Counted from the first letter of the stretch, positions 27,830 to 38,643 are shown. The stretch is 64,000 nucleotides of DNA from an uncultured Candidatus Saccharibacteria bacterium (GCA_964591445.1 CAZQAW010000001.1:14625-78624); one strand, 5' to 3'. The notes: generated by a model from the letters alone, not told the origin. Numbers and translations are program-made.

Positions 27830-29080
27830 CTAAGAAAGAAAATTTTTATTTCTTTTCTGTTTATGGAAATCAATAGCGAAACGATGCGACTCTGAGTTTG
27901 CAAGCACGATTTCTTTTGCATATTTCGTCGCGTATTCTTTGTCTCCCAAAATTTCTCGCGCTTTGTGTTTATCGTCTTTCACTACCGACACAAGAGGAAT
28001 TTTCATTTGATAACGGAACAGTACTTGCTTTGCAACGTTTAACTGTCCGACGCCACCGTCTATCACCACCAAATCCGGCATACCCCATTCGTTGTGTCGC
28101 AGTCTGCGCGAAAGCACTTCTTCAAGCGCGCCGGTGTCGTTCGAACCACTTTGTGAACGAATGATGAATTTGCGGTATTCATTTTTGTCCGGAGTTCCGT
28201 TTACAAGCACTGTCATTACACCAACCATATTTTTGCCGCTCATATGAGCGATATCGTACGCCTCGATACGGAAACTTGAAGAAAGCATCGTGTGTGAATC
28301 CAAGAAATCGCTTTTCATAAGAGCGATGTCGTTGATGTGTTCAAGCGCAAAAACCGTTTTCTTCACTTCATCTGCAAGTTCAAATTCCTGACGCTTGGCA
28401 TGCATCATCATTTCCTTTTTAAGTTCGCGAACGATCTGCTTTTTCTTGCCCTCAAAGAAAAGTTTGATGTTGCGGATCGTTTTTTGATATCGCTCGCGAG
28501 CTTCTTCCTCTACAACGTCGGGCGTAAGTCCAAGCTGTTTGTAAAATTCATAATTATCTTTCTTCGAAGAATACTGGTCGCGAAATGGGAAAATTCTGCG
28601 GATAATTTTCAAAGCTTCACGCAAAGAACCACCGCTTGTAAATGGGCCATACACAGCTTGGAGCTTCACTTCGCGCTTGCCGCGCTCGATCTTTGCACTT
28701 TTTTTATCTGCGCTCAAATCTTTTTTGCGAATACTTAAAACTTGCGGAAAATCTTCTTTCGTAATACCTACAACAAGAAAACTTTTTCCGTCTTTTTCTT
28801 TGACGTTATAATGCGGCTGGAATTTCCGAATAAGTTCCGCTTCCAAAATAAGCGCTTCCAAAACTGAATCTGTTTCTTCAAAAGTCACAGTGTCAGACTT
28901 GAACACCATGTCGACAATCGAAGGCCCGCGAGTCTTGATCAAGTCCTTTGCAAAATAACTTTTTGTTCGATCACGCAAAGATGTCGCTTTTCCAATGTAC
29001 AAAATATCCTTCCCTTTCCGGAAGAAATACACGCCAGGCGCTGGCGGCAATTTGAGTTTTGCTAAATCTTGACTTTTCAT
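27830..29080 (-). CDS. uvrC: Excinuclease subunit C (short form)
   Basis: GIY-YIG 'PGVY.F...ILYIGKA..LR.R', UVR domain and RNase H-like 'RIEAYDIAH...PDLVVIDGG.GQ'. Ends after 'HRFAIDFH' with no HhH domain. Confidence 0.88.
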   Translation of the reverse strand: MKSQDLAKLKLPPAPGVYFFRKGKDILYIGKATSLRDRTKSYFAKDLIKTRGPSIVDMVFKSDTVTFEETDSVLEALILEAELIRKFQPHYNVKEKDGKSFLVVGITKEDFPQVLSIRKKDLSADKKSAKIERGKREVKLQAVYGPFTSGGSLREALKIIRRIFPFRDQYSSKKDNYEFYKQLGLTPDVVEEEARERYQKTIRNIKLFFEGKKKQIVRELKKEMMMHAKRQEFELADEVKKTVFALEHINDIALMKSDFLDSHTMLSSSFRIEAYDIAHMSGKNMVGVMTVLVNGTPDKNEYRKFIIRSQSGSNDTGALEEVLSRRLRHNEWGMPDLVVIDGGVGQLNVAKQVLFRYQMKIPLVSVVKDDKHKAREILGDKEYATKYAKEIVLANSESHRFAIDFHKQKRNKNFLS

Positions 29081-29127
29081 TATATGAAATGTACCATAAA
29101 CATTAAACAAAAAAAACTAATAATCAA

Positions 29128-29424
29128 ATGCTACGAATTGCTTCACAAAGTTCGCAAAAAATGAGGAAGTCTTATCTTTATATTGGTTATATTACTGAAA
29201 ACGAGAAAAATTTTATTTGTTTTAGCTTTTTTTATAAAAATAACGAACAGGCATGCGACATGTCTATAAGTCATGAGAGTAAAACCGCACTGCTTACTGG
29301 ACCGTTTTATACAAATTTTATAAAAGAAAAGTTTCCTAAACAGGCACAGAAAATAACCAGAGCACTGAAACTATTTTTTACGAAAAACAATCTAAGCTGG
29401 GCGTCCAACAAGCAAGGGAAATAA
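29128..29424 (+). CDS. AT-rich orphan
   Basis: 98-aa ORF between uvrC and uvrA, with a terminator-like hairpin at its end. Confidence 0.45.
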   Translation: MLRIASQSSQKMRKSYLYIGYITENEKNFICFSFFYKNNEQACDMSISHESKTALLTGPFYTNFIKEKFPKQAQKITRALKLFFTKNNLSWASNKQGK

Positions 29425-29435
29425 CCTTGCTTTTT

Positions 29436-32063
29436 TTATTTCTTCTTCAAAACTTTCTTCAAATATTGCCCGGTGTAAGACTTTGGTGTATTTGCAACTT
29501 CTTCCGGAGTTCCTTTGGCTACCAAATGTCCGCCGCCGATACCGCCTTCGGGCCCAAAGTCGAGAATATAGTCTGCGCATTTTATGAGATCCATGTTGTG
29601 CTCGATAACGACGACTGTATTCCCTTTGTCGACAAGACGGTTCAACACACCGATCAAATTTGCAACGTCATCATAGTGCAACCCGACAGTTGGTTCGTCG
29701 AGCAAGTAAATGGTTTTTTCAATATGAGGTCGATATAGTTCAGAAGAAATTTTCACACGCTGCGCTTCCCCGCCAGAAAGTGTCGTTGCGCTTTGGCCGA
29801 GCTTCACGTATCCAAGCCCGACATCCATGAGAGTTTTCAAGCGGTCATAAATAGCAGGAATATCTTCGTAGAATTTCAAACCTTCTTCAACGGTAAGCTG
29901 AAGAATTTCGTAAATATTCTTTTTCTTGTATTTTACTTTCAAAGTTTCTTTGTCGAAACGCTTGCCACCACACACGTCACACGTCACATACACTGTCGGC
30001 AAGAAATGCATTTCTACAGCGATTTCTCCATTTCCTTCACACGCTTCGCAGCGGCCACCTTTGACGTTGAATGAAAATCGGTTTGATTTCCAACCGCGGA
30101 TTCGTGATTCTTCGCTTTCAGCAAACAAGTCGCGGATAAATGTAAACGCGCCTGTGTATGTCGCAATGTTTGACCGCGGCGTTCGTCCGATCGGAGATTG
30201 GTCAATCAAAATCGCTCGAGACAAATATTCGGTACCAGTAAATGTTGCTGCATTAAAGACCTTTGCGCTACGATATTTGCGTTCAAAACGCGCTTGCAAA
30301 TTTTGGTGTACGATTTCATACATAAAAGAAGATTTGCCGGAACCAGACACACCAGTAATGCACACCAACTTTCCGAGAGGAATTTCAGCATTCACATTTT
30401 TGATATTGAAAGCATGTCCGCCGACAACCTTGAGCGAACCTTTGTCAGAGGTGCGGCGTTTTTCTGGAATAGGAATTCGCACTTCTTCGCGCAAGTACGC
30501 AAGGGTGCGAGATTTTGATGTGTTTGTTTTTGCGGCAAGCAATTTTTCTAAATCATCTTGCACTATCACTTCCCCGCCATGCACGCCGGCTTTCGGGCCG
30601 ATGTCTACCAGATAATCTGACGCGTAAATCGTATCTTCATCGTGTTCAACAACGATAATCGTATTTCCCAAATCTCGCAAATCTTCAAGCGTTTTGATCA
30701 AGCGTTCGTTATCGCGCTGATGCAAACCGATCGTCGGTTCGTCAAGCACGTACATTGCGCCGACGAGGCGTGAGCCGAGTTGTGATGCCAGACGGATACG
30801 CTGCGCTTCTCCGCCAGACAAAGTATTTGCCCGGCGTTCAAGCGCCAGATATTCCAAGCCGACGTTCAACATAAATTGCAATCGGTCTTCAATTTCACGG
30901 ATCACCGGTTTTGAAATTTCTTTTTCTTTTGCAGTCAGTTTAAGCTCGATGAAAAAGTCCGCCGCGTCTTGGATTGAAAGCGCAGTCAAATCTACAATGT
31001 TTGTTTTTTTAGTACCAAGAAACACATTGAGTGCTTCGATACGCAGACGCTTGCCGCCACAAACGTCGCAAGGTTCTGTACCCATAAAATATTTGCTTCC
31101 GAGCCCATTACATTCTGGACAAGCTCCGTACGGCGAGTTGAAAGAGAAAAGTCGCGGCTCAACTTCTGGGAAAGAAAAGCCGTCATTCGGACAAGAGAAT
31201 TTTGCAGAAAGAAGAAACTCTGAACTCTCCCTCTCCTGGCTAGGAGAGGGCTGGGGTGAGGTTGATCCAAATTGTATCGTCACCAAACCTTCACTTTCCA
31301 AAAGTGCGCGTTCGATAGACTCAGCTAAACGCATGCGCGCGTCGGCCGGGTTATCTGCAAATTCATGAAGCGCAAATTCGTCCACCATCACGTCGATATT
31401 GTGCTGCTTTGTTTTTGAAAGTTCGATACGGTCACGCAGATTTTTTATAGTCCCATCAAGTCGAACTTTGCTGTAGCCTTTGCCAAGCAAGTCGTACAAA
31501 AGCTGGTAGTACTCGCCTTTTCGTCCGCGAACCACCGGCGAATAGATCGTAATCGGTGTTTCGCTCCACTGCACTCCCATCACTTTTTTTGAGCCTTTGG
31601 TATTTTTTTTATACGTTTCAACTTTCTCGAGCATGAAATTCAAAATTTCTTCGTTCGAAAGTTTTTTGATTTCTTCGCCGCACTGTGGACAATGTGGCCG
31701 GCCGATACGCGCGTACAGCACGCGCAAATAGTCATAAATTTCGGTAATCGTTGCCACAGTTGAACGCGGGTTGTTCGAGCGAGATTTTTGGTCGATAGAA
31801 ATTGCCGGGGAAAGCCCGGAAATTTCATCAACTTCCGGCTTGCTCATTTGCTTCAAGAATTGTCGCGCATACGAAGAAAGAGATTCAACGTATCGTCGCT
31901 GGCCTTCAGCAAAAATAGTGTCGAACGCCAAAGAAGACTTTCCTGAACCGGAAAGCCCTGTGATCGCGATCATCTTGTTGCGCGGCATCTCAACATTAAT
32001 ATTCTTCAAGTTGTGTGTTCGAGCGCCTTTGACGATAATTTTTCCTTCACTGTCTTTTTTCAT
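29436..32063 (-). CDS. uvrA: Excinuclease subunit A
   Basis: Two ABC modules ('[12 protein letters not shown]', 'LSGGEAQR' twice) and zinc fingers. Start set at ATG 32063. Confidence 0.97.
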   Translation of the reverse strand: MKKDSEGKIIVKGARTHNLKNINVEMPRNKMIAITGLSGSGKSSLAFDTIFAEGQRRYVESLSSYARQFLKQMSKPEVDEISGLSPAISIDQKSRSNNPRSTVATITEIYDYLRVLYARIGRPHCPQCGEEIKKLSNEEILNFMLEKVETYKKNTKGSKKVMGVQWSETPITIYSPVVRGRKGEYYQLLYDLLGKGYSKVRLDGTIKNLRDRIELSKTKQHNIDVMVDEFALHEFADNPADARMRLAESIERALLESEGLVTIQFGSTSPQPSPSQERESSEFLLSAKFSCPNDGFSFPEVEPRLFSFNSPYGACPECNGLGSKYFMGTEPCDVCGGKRLRIEALNVFLGTKKTNIVDLTALSIQDAADFFIELKLTAKEKEISKPVIREIEDRLQFMLNVGLEYLALERRANTLSGGEAQRIRLASQLGSRLVGAMYVLDEPTIGLHQRDNERLIKTLEDLRDLGNTIIVVEHDEDTIYASDYLVDIGPKAGVHGGEVIVQDDLEKLLAAKTNTSKSRTLAYLREEVRIPIPEKRRTSDKGSLKVVGGHAFNIKNVNAEIPLGKLVCITGVSGSGKSSFMYEIVHQNLQARFERKYRSAKVFNAATFTGTEYLSRAILIDQSPIGRTPRSNIATYTGAFTFIRDLFAESEESRIRGWKSNRFSFNVKGGRCEACEGNGEIAVEMHFLPTVYVTCDVCGGKRFDKETLKVKYKKKNIYEILQLTVEEGLKFYEDIPAIYDRLKTLMDVGLGYVKLGQSATTLSGGEAQRVKISSELYRPHIEKTIYLLDEPTVGLHYDDVANLIGVLNRLVDKGNTVVVIEHNMDLIKCADYILDFGPEGGIGGGHLVAKGTPEEVANTPKSYTGQYLKKVLKKK
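31229..31264 (-). repeat. Repeat A, in-frame copy in uvrA
   Basis: Identical 36-bp core; 41/41 identical to the leuS copy over 31224-31264 vs 10677-10717. Confidence 0.95.
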
Positions 32064-32182
32064 ATATAAGCCAAGCGCACCCGGCAAGTCTCCTTGAGGG
32101 TGTCTATCTCTCTTTAACTTCTTTAAGTATACCACATATGCCATATGATGACAAAAATAATAAACGGAGTTACACTATACGT

Positions 32183-32626
32183 ATGAATATACAAACTATG
32201 GATCAAGGTATCATGCATACCATCAAGCGAGTTTCGCTTCCATTATCACGTATTGCTATTTTTGTCGTGTACTTTTGGTTTGGGATTTTAAAAGTGTTTG
32301 GTGTCAGCCCAGCAAACCCGCTTATCATGGCGCTTCAGCAACAAACACTTCCCTTCCTCACATTTCACCAATTCATCATCTTTTTTGGAATTGCAGAAAT
32401 GATCATCGGTATCATCTTTCTCATTCGCGGATGGGAGCGTCTGGCGATCGCATTACTTATGCTTCATATGATCACCACCATCCTTCCTCTTTTTCTTCTT
32501 CCTCAAATCGGTTGGCAAGGATTTTTTGTTCCGACCATTGAAGGACAATACATCATCAAAAACATAGTCATCATAGCCGCAGCCATAGGCATCGCCGCAC
32601 ATTCGCATCTGCAGCCGATGAAGTAA
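32183..32626 (+). CDS. DoxX/DUF417-like membrane protein
   Basis: 'RIAIFVVYFWFG.LK...SPA' and 'GQYIIKN' motifs. Confidence 0.75.
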   Translation: MNIQTMDQGIMHTIKRVSLPLSRIAIFVVYFWFGILKVFGVSPANPLIMALQQQTLPFLTFHQFIIFFGIAEMIIGIIFLIRGWERLAIALLMLHMITTILPLFLLPQIGWQGFFVPTIEGQYIIKNIVIIAAAIGIAAHSHLQPMK

Positions 32627-32676
32627 AGAATATTTTGTAGAAAACTTTTTATGTTGTATAATAAAAAGAAAAAGAT

Positions 32677-32895
32677 ATGGAAGCAAAAATTATCGATTTC
32701 TTCTTGATAATATTAACAATGTTTTTAATGTTATCAGTCTCAGATTTCACAGCGTGGTTAATGATAAAAATACCTATATTGGGTAAAGTAACAGAATACT
32801 TATGGAATTCACCCCGAGTTTCTTTTCTGGTATTACTTTATTTTATAATAATTGGTTTTTATTTTGAAACCAGATTAAACAAATACGCTTTGTAA
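32677..32895 (+). CDS. Small AT-rich 2-TM orphan
   Basis: 72 aa with TG-TATAAT upstream. Confidence 0.45.
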   Translation: MEAKIIDFFLIILTMFLMLSVSDFTAWLMIKIPILGKVTEYLWNSPRVSFLVLLYFIIIGFYFETRLNKYAL

Positions 32896-32939
32896 GAAAA
32901 TGAGAAAATTCAACTAAGCAAGGATATAATCCTTGCTTT

Positions 32940-35066
32940 TTATTTTTCCGGTTCCAACTTTGCGCGTAAAACACTAATCTCGTCGCGAACAATCGCGGCC
33001 GTTTCAAAGTCGAGCTCTTTGACGGCTCTCGACATTTCTTTTTCTTTTATTTTGATGATTTTTTCGTAGACTGCCAAGTTGCGCTCTTCGTCAGAAAGTC
33101 TTGCAAGTTTTTTCTCTTCTTTTTTATCGAGCGCTTTGCGAGCTTTGCCAAGCACTTCAAAATCTATCGCAAGCTCAGCGTTCACCGCTTTTGCATGTTC
33201 AGATTCCATTTGTTCAGTAATGTCTTTGATATTTTTCTTGATCGTTTTCGGAGTAATGCTGTGCTTTTTGTTGTACTCCATTTGCACTGTTCGGCGGCGA
33301 TTTGTTTCGGCAATTGCACGTTCCATCGAGCCTGTCATGTTGTCTGCATACAAAATCACGCGACCCTGCGCGTTTCGAGCTGCGCGGCCGATAGTCTGGA
33401 TAAGCGATGTTTCGCTTCGAAGAAATCCTTCTTTGTCTGCGTCCAAAATGCCGATCAATTCTACTTCCGGCAAATCCAACCCTTCGCGGAGCAAGTTCAC
33501 TCCGACCAAACAATCAAATTCCCCTTTTCGAAATGCCGTCAAAATTTTAATTCGGTCAATTGTTTTAATATCGCTATGCAAATATTCTGATTTTATTTTT
33601 CGCTCTTTCAAATACGCAGCCAAATCTTCCGCCATTTTTTTCGTTAGCGTTGTTGCAAGCACGCGCCCGCCGCCCTTGATATTTGCAACCGCTTCTTCAA
33701 TAAAGTCTTGGACTTGGCCTGGGTAGTTCCCCCTCTCCTGGCTAGGAGAGGGCTGGGGTGAGGTTGATGCAGCCACCGGCTTGAGCGTAATTTCCGGATC
33801 AAGAAGTCCAGTTGGACGAATGATTTGTTCTACTATTTGGTCACTGTTTTCTCGTTCATAGTCGCTCGGAGTCGCTGAAGTATAAATCACTTGGCTTACG
33901 CGTTCTTCAAATTCGTTGTATTTAAGCGGGCGATTGTCTTTCGCGCTCGGCAAACGAAAACCGAATTCCACCAAAGTATTTTTACGAGCCTGGTCGCCAG
34001 CGTACATGCCGTGAAGCTGCGGAAGCGTCACATGCGATTCATCGATCACCACCAAAAAGTCCGCAGATCCATCTTTGTGATGTGGAAAATATGAAAGCAA
34101 TGTTTCTGGCGGCTCGCCTGCTTTTTTACCAGACAAATGTCGAGAATAGTTTTCGATTCCGCTGCAATAGCCGATTTCTTTGATCATCGCCAGGTCATAC
34201 GTCGTTCGTCGTTTGATTCGCTCCGCTTCCAAAAGCTTTCCTTCTTTTTCAAAAAGTTTGAGCTGGTCTGCAAGTTCTGCTTTGATCGCTTTTATTGCTT
34301 TTTCTTTTTTAGTTTCATTTGTCAAAAAGTGTTTTGCCGGAAAAAGGAAAATACTTTCTGGATTGTCGAGAATCTGCGAAGTCACCGGATCAATTTTTAA
34401 AATCTGCGTAATTTTTCCCGCTACGATTTCAATCGAAAGCATAAACGTTTCCGACACTGGCATGATTTCCACTTTATTACCAAGTGCACGAAACTGCCCT
34501 GAAGACAAATCTGCGTTTGTACGCGTAAAATGAATTGAAACTAAATTCGAAAGCAAATCATTGCGCGCCATTTTCATCCCAGGTTTTAATTCCAAATGTT
34601 CTTCGCGATATTCTTCTGGACTTCCCAAACCGTAAATACACGAAACCGACGCAACGATGATGACATCTTTTCTCGTAAGCAAAGATTGTGTTGACGCATG
34701 ACGAAGACGATCAATTTCTTTGTTGATCTGCGCGTCTTTTTCAATATACGTATCCGTCACCGGCATGTAAGCTTCCGGCTGGTAGTAGTCGTAATACGAA
34801 ACGAAATAATGCACCGCATGGTCTGGGAAAAATTCTCGATACTCTTGCGCAAGCTGTGCTGCAAGCGTTTTGTTGTGAGCAATCACCAAGGTTGGCTTTT
34901 CAAATTGCGCAATCACATTTGCAATAGTAAAAGTTTTACCAGTTCCCGTAGCACCAAGAAGGGTCTGCTTTTTCATCCCTTTTTTGAGGCCACTTACGAG
35001 GCCCTTGATAGCCTGAGGCTGGTCGCCATCCGGCTTATATTCGCTTGTAAGTTTGAAAAGCGGCAT
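32940..35066 (-). CDS. uvrB: Excinuclease subunit B
   Basis: 'GDQPQAI', 'LLGATGTGKT', 'YYDYYQPEAY', 'IDESH' and 'NLLREGLD' motifs. Confidence 0.97.
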   Translation of the reverse strand: MPLFKLTSEYKPDGDQPQAIKGLVSGLKKGMKKQTLLGATGTGKTFTIANVIAQFEKPTLVIAHNKTLAAQLAQEYREFFPDHAVHYFVSYYDYYQPEAYMPVTDTYIEKDAQINKEIDRLRHASTQSLLTRKDVIIVASVSCIYGLGSPEEYREEHLELKPGMKMARNDLLSNLVSIHFTRTNADLSSGQFRALGNKVEIMPVSETFMLSIEIVAGKITQILKIDPVTSQILDNPESIFLFPAKHFLTNETKKEKAIKAIKAELADQLKLFEKEGKLLEAERIKRRTTYDLAMIKEIGYCSGIENYSRHLSGKKAGEPPETLLSYFPHHKDGSADFLVVIDESHVTLPQLHGMYAGDQARKNTLVEFGFRLPSAKDNRPLKYNEFEERVSQVIYTSATPSDYERENSDQIVEQIIRPTGLLDPEITLKPVAASTSPQPSPSQERGNYPGQVQDFIEEAVANIKGGGRVLATTLTKKMAEDLAAYLKERKIKSEYLHSDIKTIDRIKILTAFRKGEFDCLVGVNLLREGLDLPEVELIGILDADKEGFLRSETSLIQTIGRAARNAQGRVILYADNMTGSMERAIAETNRRRTVQMEYNKKHSITPKTIKKNIKDITEQMESEHAKAVNAELAIDFEVLGKARKALDKKEEKKLARLSDEERNLAVYEKIIKIKEKEMSRAVKELDFETAAIVRDEISVLRAKLEPEK
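33731..33766 (-). repeat. Repeat A, in-frame copy in uvrB
   Basis: Identical 36-bp core. Confidence 0.95.
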
Positions 35067-35150
35067 AGGTATCAGTACATTGTAAGCTATTTTGGGCAAG
35101 AAAAAAAGCAGCTGATACGCGGCTGCTTTTCTTTGAATCTTCGATTTTTA

Positions 35151-35546
35151 TTAATTAGAAACAGGAACTGCTGATCCTGCTTCAATTTTTGAAATTGTAA
35201 AATTTGCAAAATAGGGTTCATTTGCTTTATACGTGATAACCAGCGCGTGATCACTCGTATTGTTTTGAGCATCCTTGATAAGCTCCCTGTAGTAATGACT
35301 GTTAGTTGTTTTGGGTCTTACTAGCAAAGATGATAAATGGTACGCGGGCATTGGTATTATGTTTAAGCCCACTAGTGTCTCATCAAGGTTCTGACTAAGT
35401 TTTTCCTTGCCGTGTGGTATGAAGAGTGGTATTTCTTTATCTCTTAAATGCTGCAAAGCTTTAGAAAGAAATGCTGATGTCGGGGTGCTATTCGGGTCTT
35501 CCAAAAAGAGCACGTGGATGGTTTTTCCTTTAGTTGTAGTAGCCAT
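35151..35546 (-). CDS. AT-rich orphan
   Basis: Start reassigned to MATTTK because TTGACT-17-TATAAT (35611-35639, minus) overlaps the longer start. Confidence 0.6.
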   Translation of the reverse strand: MATTTKGKTIHVLFLEDPNSTPTSAFLSKALQHLRDKEIPLFIPHGKEKLSQNLDETLVGLNIIPMPAYHLSSLLVRPKTTNSHYYRELIKDAQNNTSDHALVITYKANEPYFANFTISKIEAGSAVPVSN

Positions 35547-35635
35547 AATAATAATCTGATTTTTAGTTGGATTTTTGTTTTGTTTTGAAAATGTACGAAG
35601 ATTCGGAAACATTATATACCAGCTTTACAATAAAG

Positions 35636-36850
35636 TCAAATACTGTATTTTTTAAAAAAGTTGGCTTTGTATTCCTCAAAATTCCCTTCTACAATGGCAT
35701 TTCTCATTCCTTTGACGAGGTGTACTATAAAATACAGGTTGTGAATAGTCGCAAGGGTTCCACCCAACATTTCCTTCGCCCTAAAAAGATGCGCGACGTA
35801 TGCGCGAGTGTAGTTTTTGCAAGTATAGCATCCGCAGTTTTCTTCGATCGGAACAAACGCTTCTTTGTGCTCCGCATTGAACATGTTTATTTTGCCGGCA
35901 TGAGTATACAAAGTGCCATTGCGAGCCATGCGAGTCGGAGCAACACAGTCAAAAAAGTCGACACCGTTTTCTACACCCATAAATAAATCTTCGGGCTCAC
36001 CAATACCGAGCAAATGGCGCGGTTTGTTTTCTGGCAAAATTTCGTTCACCCATTTGACCGCAGTCGACATATCTTCTTTTGCAAAACTTCCGCCAATACC
36101 GAAGCCGTCAAAATCCATACCGCCGATAAACTCTGCCGACTTTTTTCGTAAAGACTCTTCTCTGCCACCTTGGACTATGCCAAACAATGCTTGCTTGGTT
36201 TTTCTTGATTTATGGAAATCTAAAGACCGTTTTGCCCAAGCGTGCGTGCGATGAAGCGCTTCTTCTTGATATCGAAATGGTTCGGCTGGCGACGTACATT
36301 CGTCAAATGCAAAAATAATATCTGCACCCAAATTCTGCTGAATCTCGATCGATTTTTCTGGAGTAATGTAGTACAAAGTGCCATCAATATGCGAACGAAA
36401 CGAAACTCCGTCCGCGCCAATAGTCGCAAGTTTTGGAACACCTTCGTCTGCGCTTGATCTTTCTGTAATTTGTAAACTTGGATCAATAGCTTTCGTAATT
36501 TTTGAAATATCCTTGCCGTATGCCGCGCCAAGCGAAAACACTTGGAAGCCGCCAGAGTCTGTCATCATCGGGCCTTTCCAATTCATAAACGAGTGGAGTC
36601 CTCCGGCTTTTTGTACGACTTCGTCTCCAGGTTGTAAAAGCAAGTGGTATGTATTTGCAAGCATGACATCTGCGCCAAGCGACTCCAACATTTCGGGAGT
36701 AATAGCTTTGACAGTTGCTTTTGTGCCAACGGGAACGAATGCTGGAGTTGGAATATCTCCGTGCGGAGTGCGGAAGATACCGGCGCGCCCAAGCATGGGC
36801 GCGCCGGTAGTGTCTTCTAATTTCTTTTCAATATCAAAACGGAAGTGCAT
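35636..36850 (-). CDS. tgt: Queuine tRNA-ribosyltransferase
   Basis: 'TPHG...TPAF.PVGT', 'TDSGGFQVFSL', 'DCVAPTR' and CxCxxC zinc site. Confidence 0.96.
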   Translation of the reverse strand: MHFRFDIEKKLEDTTGAPMLGRAGIFRTPHGDIPTPAFVPVGTKATVKAITPEMLESLGADVMLANTYHLLLQPGDEVVQKAGGLHSFMNWKGPMMTDSGGFQVFSLGAAYGKDISKITKAIDPSLQITERSSADEGVPKLATIGADGVSFRSHIDGTLYYITPEKSIEIQQNLGADIIFAFDECTSPAEPFRYQEEALHRTHAWAKRSLDFHKSRKTKQALFGIVQGGREESLRKKSAEFIGGMDFDGFGIGGSFAKEDMSTAVKWVNEILPENKPRHLLGIGEPEDLFMGVENGVDFFDCVAPTRMARNGTLYTHAGKINMFNAEHKEAFVPIEENCGCYTCKNYTRAYVAHLFRAKEMLGGTLATIHNLYFIVHLVKGMRNAIVEGNFEEYKANFFKKYSI

Positions 36851-36851
36851 G

Positions 36852-37616
36852 TTATTGTTCAATTTCTACCCACAAAAGGTGCTCGACGTTTGTCGTGCTG
36901 CGAAGCAAAACTTTTTGAAATGGATCTCGCGGATCAAACAACACTTGCTCGACAATACCAACAATGGCCGAGCTCATACCGGGAAGCACAGCAATGGAAC
37001 CGACCGGTATCTCGACATCTCGTGGAAACGTAAGTTCAAAATTCTGCCCGCCGCGACCGACAGCTTCTGCGGTGACATTTGAGCCAAGCACTACGACAGA
37101 CGTTTTTTCTCCGGGAGTCGAGTATAATTTTATTTTTGAACTTGTCTCAAACACTTCAACCACTGTTCCTAAAATCGAAGTCGGTGACGCATACACTTTT
37201 GTACCAACAAAAACTCCATCGCGACTTCCCTTGTTCACCACAAGAGAGTCATACACCGAAGTGCTTGGTTTTGCAAGAATTTCTGCGCGGATAAAAGTTG
37301 GATTTTCGCCTTGCTGTTTGAGCGACTCATTTTCTTGCTGCAAAAGCGTAAACTCGGCGTCGCGCGCTTTCAAAGTTTCAACTTCTTGCTTCAAAGCATC
37401 TCGCTCTCGAAGCAAAGCTTTGCGAGAAACAAATGCATCACCTTCTATATACGAAGCACCTTGCATGAGCGGAATTCCAAGCCGCACAAAAACAGATTGT
37501 AGACCTTTCCGCACAGAGCCGATCGAAAGCAAAATAACAATCACCACAACAAGTACGACGACAATCGTCCACGCTTGGCGAGCCTTTTTTTGTTTTCTAT
37601 CGTAGAGGTAACTCAT
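36852..37616 (-). CDS. mreC: Rod shape protein MreC
   Basis: TM, coiled coil 'LQQENESLK' and 'NKGS.DGV..G'; directly downstream of mreB. Confidence 0.88.
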   Translation of the reverse strand: MSYLYDRKQKKARQAWTIVVVLVVVIVILLSIGSVRKGLQSVFVRLGIPLMQGASYIEGDAFVSRKALLRERDALKQEVETLKARDAEFTLLQQENESLKQQGENPTFIRAEILAKPSTSVYDSLVVNKGSRDGVFVGTKVYASPTSILGTVVEVFETSSKIKLYSTPGEKTSVVVLGSNVTAEAVGRGGQNFELTFPRDVEIPVGSIAVLPGMSSAIVGIVEQVLFDPRDPFQKVLLRSTTNVEHLLWVEIEQ

Positions 37617-38643
37617 CGTTTGAAGAAAGAAGCACGTCTTTGAAATAATCTAAATCTTCGAATACGACGCCTGTGCCGCGCGCGACAGCAGAAAGCGGAT
37701 CGTCTGCAATATAAATAGGAAGCTTGAGTACATTTGAAAGCAGTACGTCGAGGCCTTGGATCAGCGCACCACCACCGGCAAGAATAATACCGCGATGCAT
37801 CACATCTGAAAGAATTTCCGGCGGAGTTGTTTCTAACACTTCTTTAATTCCGTCCACCAAGTTTGCTATTGACGCACCAATAGCTTCGCGGATGTCGCTG
37901 TCTGTCACTACCACTTCACGAGGAAGCCCGGTCACCAAATCCCGTCCACGAACTTGGGCTTCCATAAATGTGCCCGGCATGACATTGCCCACCGCAATCT
38001 TTACTGCTTCGGCAGTTTTTTCTCCGATCAAAAGTTTGAATTCGTCGCGCAAGTAACTCATGATGTCGGCATTCAATTTGTCTCCGGCGATTTTCAAATT
38101 CTTGCTTCGCACAATGCCGCCAAGCGAAATAATTGCGATGTCTGTCGTTCCACCGCCAATGTCTACTACCATCGAACCTGTCGGATCTTTGATCGGAAGT
38201 CGCATGCCGATTGCCGCAGCCATCGGCTCTTCGACGATATACACTTCGCGCGCGCCGGCAGATTTTGCTGCATCATACACCGCGCGGATTTCTACGTTTG
38301 TGACACCAGACGGAACCCCAACTACAACACGCGGACGGAAAAACTTTTTAGACATTTTTTCTGCTTTGCCGATAAGGTACGCAAGCATTTCTTCGGTCAC
38401 TTCGAAGTCTGAAATCACTCCGTCGACAAGCGGACGGACTGCTTTGATGTGCGCTGGAGTTCTTCCAAGCATCTGTTTTGCTTCTGCACCGACTGCAACG
38501 ATACGGCCTGTTTTTTGGTTGAGCGCAACGACGGAAGGTTCGTTTATCACAACACCATGCCCACGCAAATACACGAGGGTGTTCGCTGTTCCCAAGTCTA
38601 TGCCGATGTCATTTGAAAATGATTCATACAGTTTACCCAGCAT
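37597..38643 (-). CDS. mreB: Rod shape protein MreB
   Basis: 'GIDLGTANT', 'EEPMAAAIG' and 'DIGGGTT' motifs. Confidence 0.97.
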   Translation of the reverse strand: MLGKLYESFSNDIGIDLGTANTLVYLRGHGVVINEPSVVALNQKTGRIVAVGAEAKQMLGRTPAHIKAVRPLVDGVISDFEVTEEMLAYLIGKAEKMSKKFFRPRVVVGVPSGVTNVEIRAVYDAAKSAGAREVYIVEEPMAAAIGMRLPIKDPTGSMVVDIGGGTTDIAIISLGGIVRSKNLKIAGDKLNADIMSYLRDEFKLLIGEKTAEAVKIAVGNVMPGTFMEAQVRGRDLVTGLPREVVVTDSDIREAIGASIANLVDGIKEVLETTPPEILSDVMHRGIILAGGGALIQGLDVLLSNVLKLPIYIADDPLSAVARGTGVVFEDLDYFKDVLLSSNDELPLR

